A stretch of DNA of 64,000 bases from contig JAJDUF010000021.1 of assembly GCA_022826725.1 (NCBI GenBank), positions 41,853 to 105,852 of the forward strand. Direction: 5' to 3'. A program made the translations under genes and the position numbers. Position 1 is the stretch's first letter. Every line of letters starts with the position of its first letter. Origin of the DNA: Chloroflexota bacterium (GTDB lineage: Bacteria; Chloroflexota; UBA11872; UBA12225; JAJDUF01). The notes beneath the pieces are model-generated. The model saw only the letters and a list, made by a program, of their open reading frames with translations, ran no database searches and was not told where the DNA came from. This document shows positions 37,360 to 48,741 of this stretch, one piece after another.

Positions 37360-38343
37360 CTATTTCGTGTGCTTGCTGACGAGGAAGACGGGCAGCCCGG
37401 TCACGATCAAGCCCCAGAAGCTGATCGAGCGATCCACCAACGCCACGCCGAGCGCCACCTCCGGCGCAACACTGAATAGCGCCAGCACGCCTACCATGCC
37501 GGTCTCGACGGCGCCCAAGCCGCCGGGAGTCGGGACAACGAGCAACAGCGAGGCGGCGGTCAGGACGAACAGCACCGCCCCGATTGTGAGCGGAACGTGG
37601 AGTGCATACAGCACGAAGAACAGGCGGCCGGCCTCCGCCAGCCACGCGAGGATAGTCAGCGTGCCGACGACGGGCAGGTCCTGGAACGAATTGAAGACGC
37701 CGTGCTGGAAGCGCGAATAGTAGGCTTGGATGCGCGCACTGAAGAAGCCGATGATGCGCGGACCACCGTACCGCAGGGCCAGTACGCCAGCGATGAGCAC
37801 GGCGAGGATAATGGCCGCGAGCAGCTCCAGCTGCACCAACTCGGCGCCCACGCGGCCCCGTAGCACCAGCAGCCCACTCAACGCTAACAGGAGGATGAGG
37901 GCCAGCACGTCAATGACCCGCTCCGCAAACACCGTGCCCATCGCGCGCGAGAACGACACGCGGTCGGTGCGCTTGAGGAGATAGCCACGGTACGCATCGC
38001 CGAGCTTGAGTGGCGCGATGCTGTTCACAAACCAGGAGAGGTAGATAATCTCGGTCAGCCGCCCCACAGACAGATAAGGGTGCCCCACGTTGCCCAACAA
38101 CCGGCGCCAGCGCAGCCCCCGTACCGGGAACGTGCAGACATACGAGCCAATCGCCAGCAGGTAGAACCAGGGGTTGGCGTTGGTGATGCTTGTCCAGGTG
38201 ACATCGAGATTCACGTCAGCAGCGCGGACGACCGCGATCAGGACCGCCAGCCCGATGAGGAAGGAGATGGCAGTACGGACGTTCAGCAGCCGACGCACCC
38301 AACTCTTGGACTCGCTGGCCGGCGGTGTGGTTGCTGCGGTCAC
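37360..38343 (-). CDS. flippase-like / lysylphosphatidylglycerol-synthase-TM-region (UPF0104) family membrane protein
   Basis: The protein has eight hydrophobic segments and the FPVRGLRWRRLL motif typical of the family. The GTG start overlaps the stop of the upstream gene (GTGA). Confidence 0.6.
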   Translation of the reverse strand: MTAATTPPASESKSWVRRLLNVRTAISFLIGLAVLIAVVRAADVNLDVTWTSITNANPWFYLLAIGSYVCTFPVRGLRWRRLLGNVGHPYLSVGRLTEIIYLSWFVNSIAPLKLGDAYRGYLLKRTDRVSFSRAMGTVFAERVIDVLALILLLALSGLLVLRGRVGAELVQLELLAAIILAVLIAGVLALRYGGPRIIGFFSARIQAYYSRFQHGVFNSFQDLPVVGTLTILAWLAEAGRLFFVLYALHVPLTIGAVLFVLTAASLLLVVPTPGGLGAVETGMVGVLALFSVAPEVALGVALVDRSISFWGLIVTGLPVFLVSKHTK

Positions 38344-39854
38344 GCCGGCACTCCCGAACGGCTGCCGGCTGCCGTCTCGCGCTCCGGCCGCAGCCGGGAT
38401 GGAGCCGCCACGGTCGTCTGCTCCGGAGCGGGCGCCGCCTGCTCCAGCAGGGCCAGCAGCAGGCCCAGCAGCACCCCCATGCCCTGGACGAAGAGCATGT
38501 CGAAGATGTTGTGGATCGAGTAGGCCGCCAGGCTACCTAGAATACCCACCGCCAGCGCCCGCACGGCGCGGTCGTGCCGGTTGCGGAGCGCACGTCGTCC
38601 CACGTGTACGATAGCCAGCGCGAGCACGAGATAGGCGCCGAGACCCAGCAAGCCCGTCTCCGCCGCGATGTTCAGGTAGAGATTATGCGCGTGTCCCAGG
38701 GGTTGCTGCCAGTCTGGCAGTGCAACCTCCGGGTAGTAGGCGTCGTAGTTGCCAACGCCGATCCCGGTCAGGTAGTTGTCCTGGAACATGCGTAGGCCGG
38801 CGTGCCATTGGGAGAGCCGCTCCAGCACCGACCAGTTCTCCGGGGTCGCCGGGGTGCTCGCCACGGTCCGCACGTTGACGGCGGCCAGAGCCGCGTCCAG
38901 CGTCGGGTCGGTGACTCGGTCCGGCAGCGCCAGGCCCGCGACGATAGCGAGCGCGAGCACGGCAGCGCCGCCGGCCAGCGTGAGGCGTCGCATGGCCCGG
39001 CTGCCGAGCAACAGGACCACCAGCACGGCGCCGGCCATGCCGAGTAGCCCCCCACGCGACAGTGACGCCAGCAGCGCGCTACCGAGCACGATCACCACCA
39101 GGCCGGTACACGAGCGGATCCACGGCAGTCGCGCTTCCAGATCGCCAAACGCCCAGAGCGCCAAGGCAATGGGGAAGAACAGGACCAGATAGCCGGCAAA
39201 CGGATTGGGCTGGCCGAACGTGCCGTGTGCCCGCATCAGCACGCCGTTGAACAGGAAATGCTCCGGCCCGATGCGGCCGAGCGTCTGCACCAGCCCTACT
39301 CCGGCCTCGGCCATTGCCGCTACCAAGAGACCGCCCACTACCCACCACCGCCAGCGAGTGACGCGCAGGAGCACCACCGTTACGACGTAGACGGCGAGCA
39401 GCTCGGCCCACTTGATGATTTCCTCCAGCGAAGACTCGATGTCCTGAGAGCGTAGGATACTCAGCATAAGCACGGCGCACAGCACGAGTCCCGGCAGGAG
39501 CAGCAGCGGGCGCGGCAGCCCACGTGTCCGGCGCAGCGACAGCAGCGCCGCGGCGACGTACAGCAGGACCAGCACCTCCGTGATGCTGACCCGGAACTCT
39601 CCTAGCGTCGTAGCGACGAGCGACTGGAAGGGCACCGACCAGGCGAGGAGGAACACGCCTACGAGCGGCTGCACCAGCAGCAGCACGAACACGAGCACAC
39701 CGGCGAAAGCTGCGGCGGATACCCAGGGTGGGGCAATGGCAATGGCGCTGCCGAGAGCCAGCAGCCCCACGGCGTCTCTGATGCGGGACCATGGCGCAGA
39801 CCCGGCGCCCAACGCCGGCCGAATGCCTCGATGTGCTCTCGTCGGTAGGCTCAC
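38340..39854 (-). CDS. O-antigen ligase / Wzy-like polymerase family membrane protein
   Basis: Polytopic protein with LLASLSRGGLLGMAGAV, the Wzy_C-type SRG loop. Confidence 0.7.
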   Translation of the reverse strand: MSLPTRAHRGIRPALGAGSAPWSRIRDAVGLLALGSAIAIAPPWVSAAAFAGVLVFVLLLVQPLVGVFLLAWSVPFQSLVATTLGEFRVSITEVLVLLYVAAALLSLRRTRGLPRPLLLLPGLVLCAVLMLSILRSQDIESSLEEIIKWAELLAVYVVTVVLLRVTRWRWWVVGGLLVAAMAEAGVGLVQTLGRIGPEHFLFNGVLMRAHGTFGQPNPFAGYLVLFFPIALALWAFGDLEARLPWIRSCTGLVVIVLGSALLASLSRGGLLGMAGAVLVVLLLGSRAMRRLTLAGGAAVLALAIVAGLALPDRVTDPTLDAALAAVNVRTVASTPATPENWSVLERLSQWHAGLRMFQDNYLTGIGVGNYDAYYPEVALPDWQQPLGHAHNLYLNIAAETGLLGLGAYLVLALAIVHVGRRALRNRHDRAVRALAVGILGSLAAYSIHNIFDMLFVQGMGVLLGLLLALLEQAAPAPEQTTVAAPSRLRPERETAAGSRSGVPA

Positions 39855-39896
39855 GTTGCCTCGCTACCTGTGGTCCGGATTCTACACGCGAGGACC

Positions 39897-40889
39897 TTAG
39901 CGGTCCGGACGGCGGGCATACTCGGAGCCGCGCGTGGCCCGAAACCAGGCAATCGTCTCCGCCAGCCCCTCGCGCAGCGGCACCGTCGGTTCCCACCCCA
40001 ACACCGTGCGGGCCTTGGTGATGTCTGGACAGCGCCGGCCGGGGTCGTCCCGGTACACCGGGTCGGCTTCCCGAACCGCCTGCCGCGTGATCGGGGACCG
40101 CGATCCGGCCACCTCGACGACCAGTTCTGCAAACTTGCCTACCGTCCACTCGTCCGGATTGCCGAGGTTGAAGACCTCGCCGCGCGCTGCGGATTCGGGT
40201 GCTGCGATGACGCGCAGAATGCCGGCGGCCAAGTCGGTGACGTAGCAGAAGCTCCGTGTCTGCTCACCGGTACCGATCACGGTAAGCGGCTCGTCGGCGA
40301 TGGCGCTACAGATGAAACTGGGCACGACACGGCCGTCGTAGTGGCGCGTGCGCGGCCCATAGGTATTGAAAATCCGCACAATCCGCACGTCCAGATCGTA
40401 ACGACGGCCGTGGGCCATCGTCAGTGCCTCACCGTATCGCTTACTCTCGTCGTAGCAGCCGCGGAGGCCGATGGGGTTCACGTGACCCCAGTAGGTCTCG
40501 CGCTGTGGGTGCTCTTGGGGGTCGCCATAGACCTCCGAGGTCGAGGCAAAGAGAAACCGACTACCGTGCTGCCGCGCAAGCGCGAGCAGGTGCTCGGTGC
40601 CGCGCGCGTTGACTGCCATGATCTCCAGGCTCAGGTGTCGGAAGTCCAGCGGGCTGGCCGGGCTGGCCAGGTGGAGAATCCAGTCCATGGCGGGCAGATC
40701 GGCGGGTAGTGCCCCGCTAACGTCGGCGTTGACAAACGTAAAGCCGGGCCGGTCGGTCAGGCCGGCCACGCTCGCGCCAAAGCCGGTGAGCAGGTTGTCC
40801 AGACACCAGACCTCGTGGTCGTCGGCAAGCAGCATTTCACAGACGTGGGAGCCGATCATACCGGCGCCACCGACGACGAGTACACGCAT
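39897..40889 (-). CDS. UDP-glucuronate decarboxylase (UDP-xylose synthase), SDR family
   Basis: MRVLVVGGAGMIGSH, STSEVYGDP, YDESKR, RIFNTYGPR and PDITKA are present. The start is the ATG at 40889. The other 559 codons of the 889-aa track ORF are artefactual. Confidence 0.9.
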   Translation of the reverse strand: MRVLVVGGAGMIGSHVCEMLLADDHEVWCLDNLLTGFGASVAGLTDRPGFTFVNADVSGALPADLPAMDWILHLASPASPLDFRHLSLEIMAVNARGTEHLLALARQHGSRFLFASTSEVYGDPQEHPQRETYWGHVNPIGLRGCYDESKRYGEALTMAHGRRYDLDVRIVRIFNTYGPRTRHYDGRVVPSFICSAIADEPLTVIGTGEQTRSFCYVTDLAAGILRVIAAPESAARGEVFNLGNPDEWTVGKFAELVVEVAGSRSPITRQAVREADPVYRDDPGRRCPDITKARTVLGWEPTVPLREGLAETIAWFRATRGSEYARRPDR

Positions 40890-40891
40890 GG

Positions 40892-43800
40892 CTAGGCACT
40901 CTTCTCCGGCGTGGCGGGCGGCGAGCCGAGTGTGTGTTGCATGAGTACGACCAACACGCCCACACCAGCCCAGCAGACGTAGGCGAGGTCCGGTAGGAAG
41001 TAGGAGTTGTCCACTAGCCCGTGTACCACAAAGGCGGTGAGGCTGCCGGCCAGCCCCAGCGCAAGCAACTGCGAACGGCGCACTCCGTCCGGCGGAGCAT
41101 TGGGTACAGTGGCACCATCCTTTCGCAGCACCCGCCACACGCCGCGGCCCCAAGCCGCGAGTAGCCAGCCGAGTGCAGCGATGCCCATTATACCCCCGCG
41201 CAGCCAGTAATCGAGAATCAGGTTGTGGGGGTGCGAGACGAACGGCTCTTTCCAGGCGACACCCTCGCGGTAGGCCGGATAGGCGTACAGGAATCCGTCC
41301 GGCCCGACGCCGAAGAGCGGATGATCCAGTGCCATCCGCAGCGCGGCCCCCCAGAGCTGGAGGCGCAGGGCCATCGTGCCACCGAGCGGGTCGCCAACGC
41401 TGCTCAACCGCTCCACGCGCGTTGCCAAGCCAATCCCCAGGATGATGACGAGAACGAGAGCCGCGACCACGGCGATGAGTGTGCGGCGCCCGGCGGCCCC
41501 TCCGCGCCGTCGTGTCACGGAACGCCACCAGGTCCTCGGCGCGACACCGCCCCTGAGCGCCAGCAAGCCGATCAACACTACCCCCACGCCGGCGGCGTTG
41601 GCCAGCCACGCGCCGCGCGAAAACGAGAAAAGGAGCGCCGCGCCGATGATGCCGGTGCCCAGCAGCGCCACGCCTGACTGCCAGGTCGGCAGCAGCCGAT
41701 TGGTGCGGTGGCGCTGCCCTGACGTGTCTACTTGCCCGCTGCCGGTATGGAGGAGCACGAGGGCTATGGCGAGGGGGAGCAGTCTGCCCAGGAAGAGCGC
41801 GAGGTGGTTGGGGCTGCCGGAGAGACCGGCGAGCCGTACCACGCCCTCCGCCTCGATGAGCCGCTGGCCGGCCGCGCCCAGTGCCAGTGCCGCCGCTCCG
41901 GCGCCGATCCCGGCGGCCACCAATGCCCAGGTCAGCCGGGCCGGGTCGCCGCGCCGCCGGAACAGCGTCACGATGAGCACCAGCAGTAGGGCCGGCTCCA
42001 GCACGACGACTCGTAACTCGCGCAGTGCCAACAGCGGCACCTGCGAGCCAACGGTGGCCACGGTCGCCGCCACGATCAGCAGCGCGGCCGGCCCTCCGAA
42101 CGGCCCCGGCCAGCGCGGCCAGCGTTCGTGCCACACTGCTCGCGCCACGACGGCGGCGACCGTGGCGAGCCAGAGTAGCTCCGTCAACGTCACGCGCCCC
42201 AGCCCCAGTTGTACGGCGTGGGCGTGCAGGGGGAGCGATAGGATAAGCAGATACACCCCGGTCCGCGGGCGCCACAGGATGAGCAGGCCAAGAGACCCGG
42301 CCAGGGCCAGTGCCGGCCAGCCCGGCAGCAGGAGCATGGCCGTCGCGACGGCCAATGCCGCTGCCAGCGGCCACCCGTCTGTGCTCCGCCACCGGCGCAA
42401 CAGACCATGCGGTGGCTGTTCGTCCGCCGCCGCGCGGCGGCCGTGCCACGCGGCGTTTCCATCCACCGCTCCCGGTTGTCCCAGGAGCGGGGCCAGTAGT
42501 GGCGCCAGGCTGCGCCGCAGCCGGCGGCGCACGCGCCAGAGCAGTGCGAAAAGCGCCGCACCCCACACGCCGCCGGTAATGAGATACGGGCCGAGGGGCC
42601 GCGCTCGGCCGATCAAGACTGCGTCCACGCCGACGGCCGGCCCCGAGGAGGATTCATGCCGCCGACCCGTCACGACCAACTCTAGCGCGTGGAGACGATC
42701 CGGGAGTCCCGTAGCGATGGAAATGTGCTGCTGGGATACGGCTTCCGGCCGGTATTGGTCGAGCAGGGCCCGGCTGGCGGGACCGGACGGGAGCCGATTG
42801 GCCAACGTTGGCACACCGTCAATGGTCACTTCGGCGATACCACGTCCCGGCCCCACCGGCGCCAGCAACACCACGTCCGTGCCACGGAACGTGAGGCGGA
42901 GTGTCGTGCCGGCGACGGGGCTTTCCCAGTACCGCTGTCCACTGGCAGCCGGATCGAAGGTATGCTGGCCGGTGCCCTCGATCAGGATGTCCTCGTGAGC
43001 CTCCTCGTGCCAACCCGGTCCGAGTGCGGCAACGGCGCTCGCCGCTTGCAGCGGGGCGTACAAGGGGCGCGGCTGCCAGTCGTCGTCGAGCAGCGCGAAG
43101 AACGCGGTCGGGTCGTCGGGATGGACGCCCGGAATGCGGAGCACCCACAGCGCCATGACGCCGACGAACGGCCACTCGTCCCGCGCTCGCTCCAGCCCGC
43201 GCACCGTCGAGCGCCGCTGCTCGGCCACGGAGAACGATCCCCACGGTGAGGGGTGTCCTTGCCAACCGGCTGGCAGCGCGTTCCAGCCGAACTCCGAGAC
43301 CCAAATCGGCTTCGAGCCGTCTCCCCAGGCTTCCATCAAGCGCCGCGTGAGTATCAGACGGGGAAAGTTCGTGCGTTCGGGCGCAATGCGATGGTCGTCG
43401 GCATCGGTCCAGAGACCGTAGGCCATCACCGAGGCAATGTCGAAGAAGTCTTTGGCTCCATGCTCATACATGCGTTCGAGGAAGGCGAGGTCGTCCAGGC
43501 CACGGTCGCCGCGTTCGAGGGTGGGCGCGAGGCCGGCCGCCAGGACGCGGATCGTGGGATCGGCTTCTTTGGCCCGCCGATAGGCGGTGCGGAGCAGCTC
43601 GACATACGCAGCGGGATCAACCGGACGGTCGCCCCATTCGTGGTTCAGATTCGGCTCGTTCCAGATTTGGATGTGGCTGATCCGACCCCGGTAGCGCGTG
43701 ACGAAATCGTAGACGAAATCGCCGTAGTCGAGGTAGTTCAACGGTGGGTGCGTGCCGCTACTGTCGGGAGGACGTGCCCATTCGGGGGGGCGGTCCAGCC

Positions 43801-44197
43801 GCGCGATGATCCGTATGCCGTGGCTCGCGGCCGTGTCTACGATGTGGTCGTACTTGTCCCAGGTGGTGCGGCCGGTCGTCTCGTGACGGTATTGCCCCTT
43901 GCGTCGCTCCAGATCGGTCCACAGGAACTCCTGGCGTATCCAGCGGATGCCCGCCGCTTGGGCCAACTGCAATGAGCGCGTCACTCCCGCGGGTGTTTCC
44001 AGTTCCAGGCGCGTATTGACGCCCAGCTGTGCCACGGCGCGGTCCGCAATCGGCGCGGCCGGCAGGCCGTAACTGACGCCATCCTCGACAACGAGACGGT
44101 ACAGCAACATCCCGCCGGTCGTGCTGACAAGCGCCAGCAGCCAGAGCACGAGGATGCCGAAGCCGACTAGCCGGGTGTGCCGGCGACGTTGCCCCAC
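40892..44197 (-). CDS. fusion protein: N-terminal clan GH-A glycoside-hydrolase-like domain plus C-terminal polytopic Wzy/O-antigen-ligase-like domain
   Basis: An N-terminal TM anchor is followed by IQIWNEPNLNHEWG (acid/base NEP) and IWVSEFGWNA (nucleophile Glu). More than 10 TM segments follow, with LLFSFSRGAWLANAAG (Wzy_C-like). The stop lies 2 nt before the UXS start. Confidence 0.65.
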   Translation of the reverse strand: MGQRRRHTRLVGFGILVLWLLALVSTTGGMLLYRLVVEDGVSYGLPAAPIADRAVAQLGVNTRLELETPAGVTRSLQLAQAAGIRWIRQEFLWTDLERRKGQYRHETTGRTTWDKYDHIVDTAASHGIRIIARLDRPPEWARPPDSSGTHPPLNYLDYGDFVYDFVTRYRGRISHIQIWNEPNLNHEWGDRPVDPAAYVELLRTAYRRAKEADPTIRVLAAGLAPTLERGDRGLDDLAFLERMYEHGAKDFFDIASVMAYGLWTDADDHRIAPERTNFPRLILTRRLMEAWGDGSKPIWVSEFGWNALPAGWQGHPSPWGSFSVAEQRRSTVRGLERARDEWPFVGVMALWVLRIPGVHPDDPTAFFALLDDDWQPRPLYAPLQAASAVAALGPGWHEEAHEDILIEGTGQHTFDPAASGQRYWESPVAGTTLRLTFRGTDVVLLAPVGPGRGIAEVTIDGVPTLANRLPSGPASRALLDQYRPEAVSQQHISIATGLPDRLHALELVVTGRRHESSSGPAVGVDAVLIGRARPLGPYLITGGVWGAALFALLWRVRRRLRRSLAPLLAPLLGQPGAVDGNAAWHGRRAAADEQPPHGLLRRWRSTDGWPLAAALAVATAMLLLPGWPALALAGSLGLLILWRPRTGVYLLILSLPLHAHAVQLGLGRVTLTELLWLATVAAVVARAVWHERWPRWPGPFGGPAALLIVAATVATVGSQVPLLALRELRVVVLEPALLLVLIVTLFRRRGDPARLTWALVAAGIGAGAAALALGAAGQRLIEAEGVVRLAGLSGSPNHLALFLGRLLPLAIALVLLHTGSGQVDTSGQRHRTNRLLPTWQSGVALLGTGIIGAALLFSFSRGAWLANAAGVGVVLIGLLALRGGVAPRTWWRSVTRRRGGAAGRRTLIAVVAALVLVIILGIGLATRVERLSSVGDPLGGTMALRLQLWGAALRMALDHPLFGVGPDGFLYAYPAYREGVAWKEPFVSHPHNLILDYWLRGGIMGIAALGWLLAAWGRGVWRVLRKDGATVPNAPPDGVRRSQLLALGLAGSLTAFVVHGLVDNSYFLPDLAYVCWAGVGVLVVLMQHTLGSPPATPEKSA

Positions 44198-44245
44198 CAG
44201 GTCTGTACCACCTTGAACCCCAACGGATTATGCCGGCCAAGCGCG

Positions 44246-45394
44246 TCACCAGCCGCGGCGGGCCGTGGCCGCCCGCTTGACTGCGAAGTACACCGGGCGC
44301 GGTGCGAAGTCCGGCTCAACCATGCGGAAGTAGTATTCGGACTGCGCCGGACCTATGTCTCCGACCTGCCGGAAGTACCAAATCATGATCGAGCCAACCC
44401 AGGGCCACTCGCGTCGGGCATGGAGCACCCCCTCGACCGTCCATTCCGCCTGCTGCTGTTCGGTAACTCGGCGCCAGATCAGCTGCTCCGGCGGCATGGT
44501 CGGCGGTGAAGCGTTCCAGCCGTATTCATTGAACCACACCGCCTTCGCGCCGTCATCGTGGCGAACCATTACGTCGCGCAGCAGGCGCACGCGCTGGAAG
44601 TTGAGCGTATCGGTACGCGGTGGCTCTGTCGGCGGCCGGTCCATCCCGTAGGCGTTGGCCAGCATGATGTCGAAGTAAGGTTGAGCGCCGGCTGCGTAGA
44701 GTTGATCCAGGTATTCCAGCTCGTTCAGATTGACCGGGCCGCGCTCCAGGTTGATCGCCAGCGGCGCGCAGAGCACCACGGCGTCGGGGTTGGCGGCCTT
44801 GGCCCGCGTATAGGCGATCTCCAGCAGTTCCGCGTAGGCGTCCGGGTCCACCCGCCCGGTCCACTCCGTGCCGAGGTTTGGCTCGTTCCAAATCTGAAAG
44901 TGCTCTACCCGGCCCCGGTAGCGGTCTACCGTGGTCGTCACGAAGTCGCCGAAGTCGTCGAAGTCGTCGGGTGGGTGGCTGTGGCGCTCTTGGTTCGAGC
45001 GTGCCCACGCCGGCGGCCGATCCAGCCGCGCGATCACCTTCAAGCCGTGCCGCTCGGCGCGGGCGACAAGATCATCGAACTTTGCCCACGTGACCTGGCT
45101 ATACTTCGTGTCCCAATACTGCCCTTTGCGCGGCTGCTCGATCTCTTCCCACGGAAACTGCTGCTTGATCCACCCGATGCCGGCGTCGCGGATCATCCGC
45201 AAGGAGAGGTCCTTCTTCCAGCCTTCGACCTCCTTGTGGAGGAAGGTGTTGACACCCCAAGGGTTGCCACTGGTGTGGGGAATGGTGCGCTCCGGCGGTG
45301 GCTCCTCGGTGAGCGTACACGCGCCGGCGAGCGCCGCGGCCGTACTCAAGCCGGCGACCTGCCCGAAGCCGCGACGCGACACTCCGACACTCAT
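44246..45394 (-). CDS. secreted clan GH-A glycoside-hydrolase-like protein, paralog of the N-terminal domain of 40892..44197
   Basis: A Tat/lipoprotein-like N-terminus (SRRGFGQVAGLSTAAALAGAC) is followed by FQIWNEPNLGTEW and VWFNEYGWNA. It aligns by eye with the neighbouring fusion protein: RLDRPP(E/A)WAR and P...DFGDFV. Confidence 0.7.
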   Translation of the reverse strand: MSVGVSRRGFGQVAGLSTAAALAGACTLTEEPPPERTIPHTSGNPWGVNTFLHKEVEGWKKDLSLRMIRDAGIGWIKQQFPWEEIEQPRKGQYWDTKYSQVTWAKFDDLVARAERHGLKVIARLDRPPAWARSNQERHSHPPDDFDDFGDFVTTTVDRYRGRVEHFQIWNEPNLGTEWTGRVDPDAYAELLEIAYTRAKAANPDAVVLCAPLAINLERGPVNLNELEYLDQLYAAGAQPYFDIMLANAYGMDRPPTEPPRTDTLNFQRVRLLRDVMVRHDDGAKAVWFNEYGWNASPPTMPPEQLIWRRVTEQQQAEWTVEGVLHARREWPWVGSIMIWYFRQVGDIGPAQSEYYFRMVEPDFAPRPVYFAVKRAATARRGW

Positions 45395-45403
45395 GCTACC
45401 CGC

Positions 45404-47938
<2,535 letters not shown>

Positions 47939-47960
47939 TACCCTTCCAGTATCCAGGTAT

Positions 47961-48668
47961 TCAGGCCACCTTTGCCGCGTTAGGGCGGCCGGCGCACCGT
48001 TGGTCAATCCGCTGGAGTAGCCGTCGCGGCGTGTGCTGCAGTAGCTCCGATAGCGCGGACTCCGGCAATCCCGCTCCCAGAACCACGTTCCGCGCCGTAG
48101 TGCGGGTGAGATAGTCGCCGGGCTGGTGTCCATCGCTATTAACGATCAGCGTCGCACCGTGCTCACGCGCCAACCGTGCGACGTGCCCGTTCGTCAGGCT
48201 GTGGCCGCGCTTTGCGGAGAGTTCCAGGTAGACGCCATGCTCACGTGCCAACCGCACGTCCTCGGCGGTTATCAGCCCCGGATGCCCCAGAATATCCACG
48301 TCCGGGCAGGTCACGGCGGCGCGATTCGTGCCCTCCACCACCGGCTCCGCGACGGATTCCCCATGCACGACCACCACGGCCGCGCCTGCTCGTCGCGCCT
48401 GCGCTGCCGCCGGGGCAATAACCTCCGGCGGCAGGTGGGTCAGCTCGACGCCCGGCAGGCAGCGAATGTCCCAATACCGCTCGGCCTCGGCGCAGTCGGC
48501 GGCCAGTGCTTCGAGCAGCTGCTCGATACCGCCAACACCGATGTGGTCGGTGATCGCGATGGACCCATAGCCCTGGATGTGGACGCGGCGGATCAGCTCG
48601 ATGGGTGAGAGGGCGCCGTCGCTGAGGAAGCTGTGCGTATGAAAGTCGTAGATCGGCTCGTCAGTCAC
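47961..48668 (-). CDS. PHP-domain metal-dependent phosphoesterase
   Basis: YDFHTHSFLSDG, ITDH and VVVHGES are present. Confidence 0.8.
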   Translation of the reverse strand: MTDEPIYDFHTHSFLSDGALSPIELIRRVHIQGYGSIAITDHIGVGGIEQLLEALAADCAEAERYWDIRCLPGVELTHLPPEVIAPAAAQARRAGAAVVVVHGESVAEPVVEGTNRAAVTCPDVDILGHPGLITAEDVRLAREHGVYLELSAKRGHSLTNGHVARLAREHGATLIVNSDGHQPGDYLTRTTARNVVLGAGLPESALSELLQHTPRRLLQRIDQRCAGRPNAAKVA

Positions 48669-48741
48669 AGAAATACCTCCACTAAGGATTCTATAGCACG
48701 GCCTGCCGCTTGGTGTCTTGTCTCACCACCCGGCCCCCGGT

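Noticed and set aside
40890-42566. N-terminal 559 codons of the 889-aa track ORF 39897..42566
   Set aside because: The translation is Arg/Ala/Gly/Pro-rich low-complexity sequence that overlaps the well-supported GH-Wzy gene (40892..44197) in another frame on the same strand. Only the C-terminal 330 aa, from the ATG at 40889, are a recognisable UDP-xylose synthase.
41376-42998. 540-aa plus-strand ORF and similar long antisense ORFs (for example 39079..40149, 53795..54694, 55126..56163, 5536..6462, 26476..27228)
   Set aside because: All are antisense to, or out of frame with, genes that carry family-specific motifs. Their translations are dominated by R, A, P and G.
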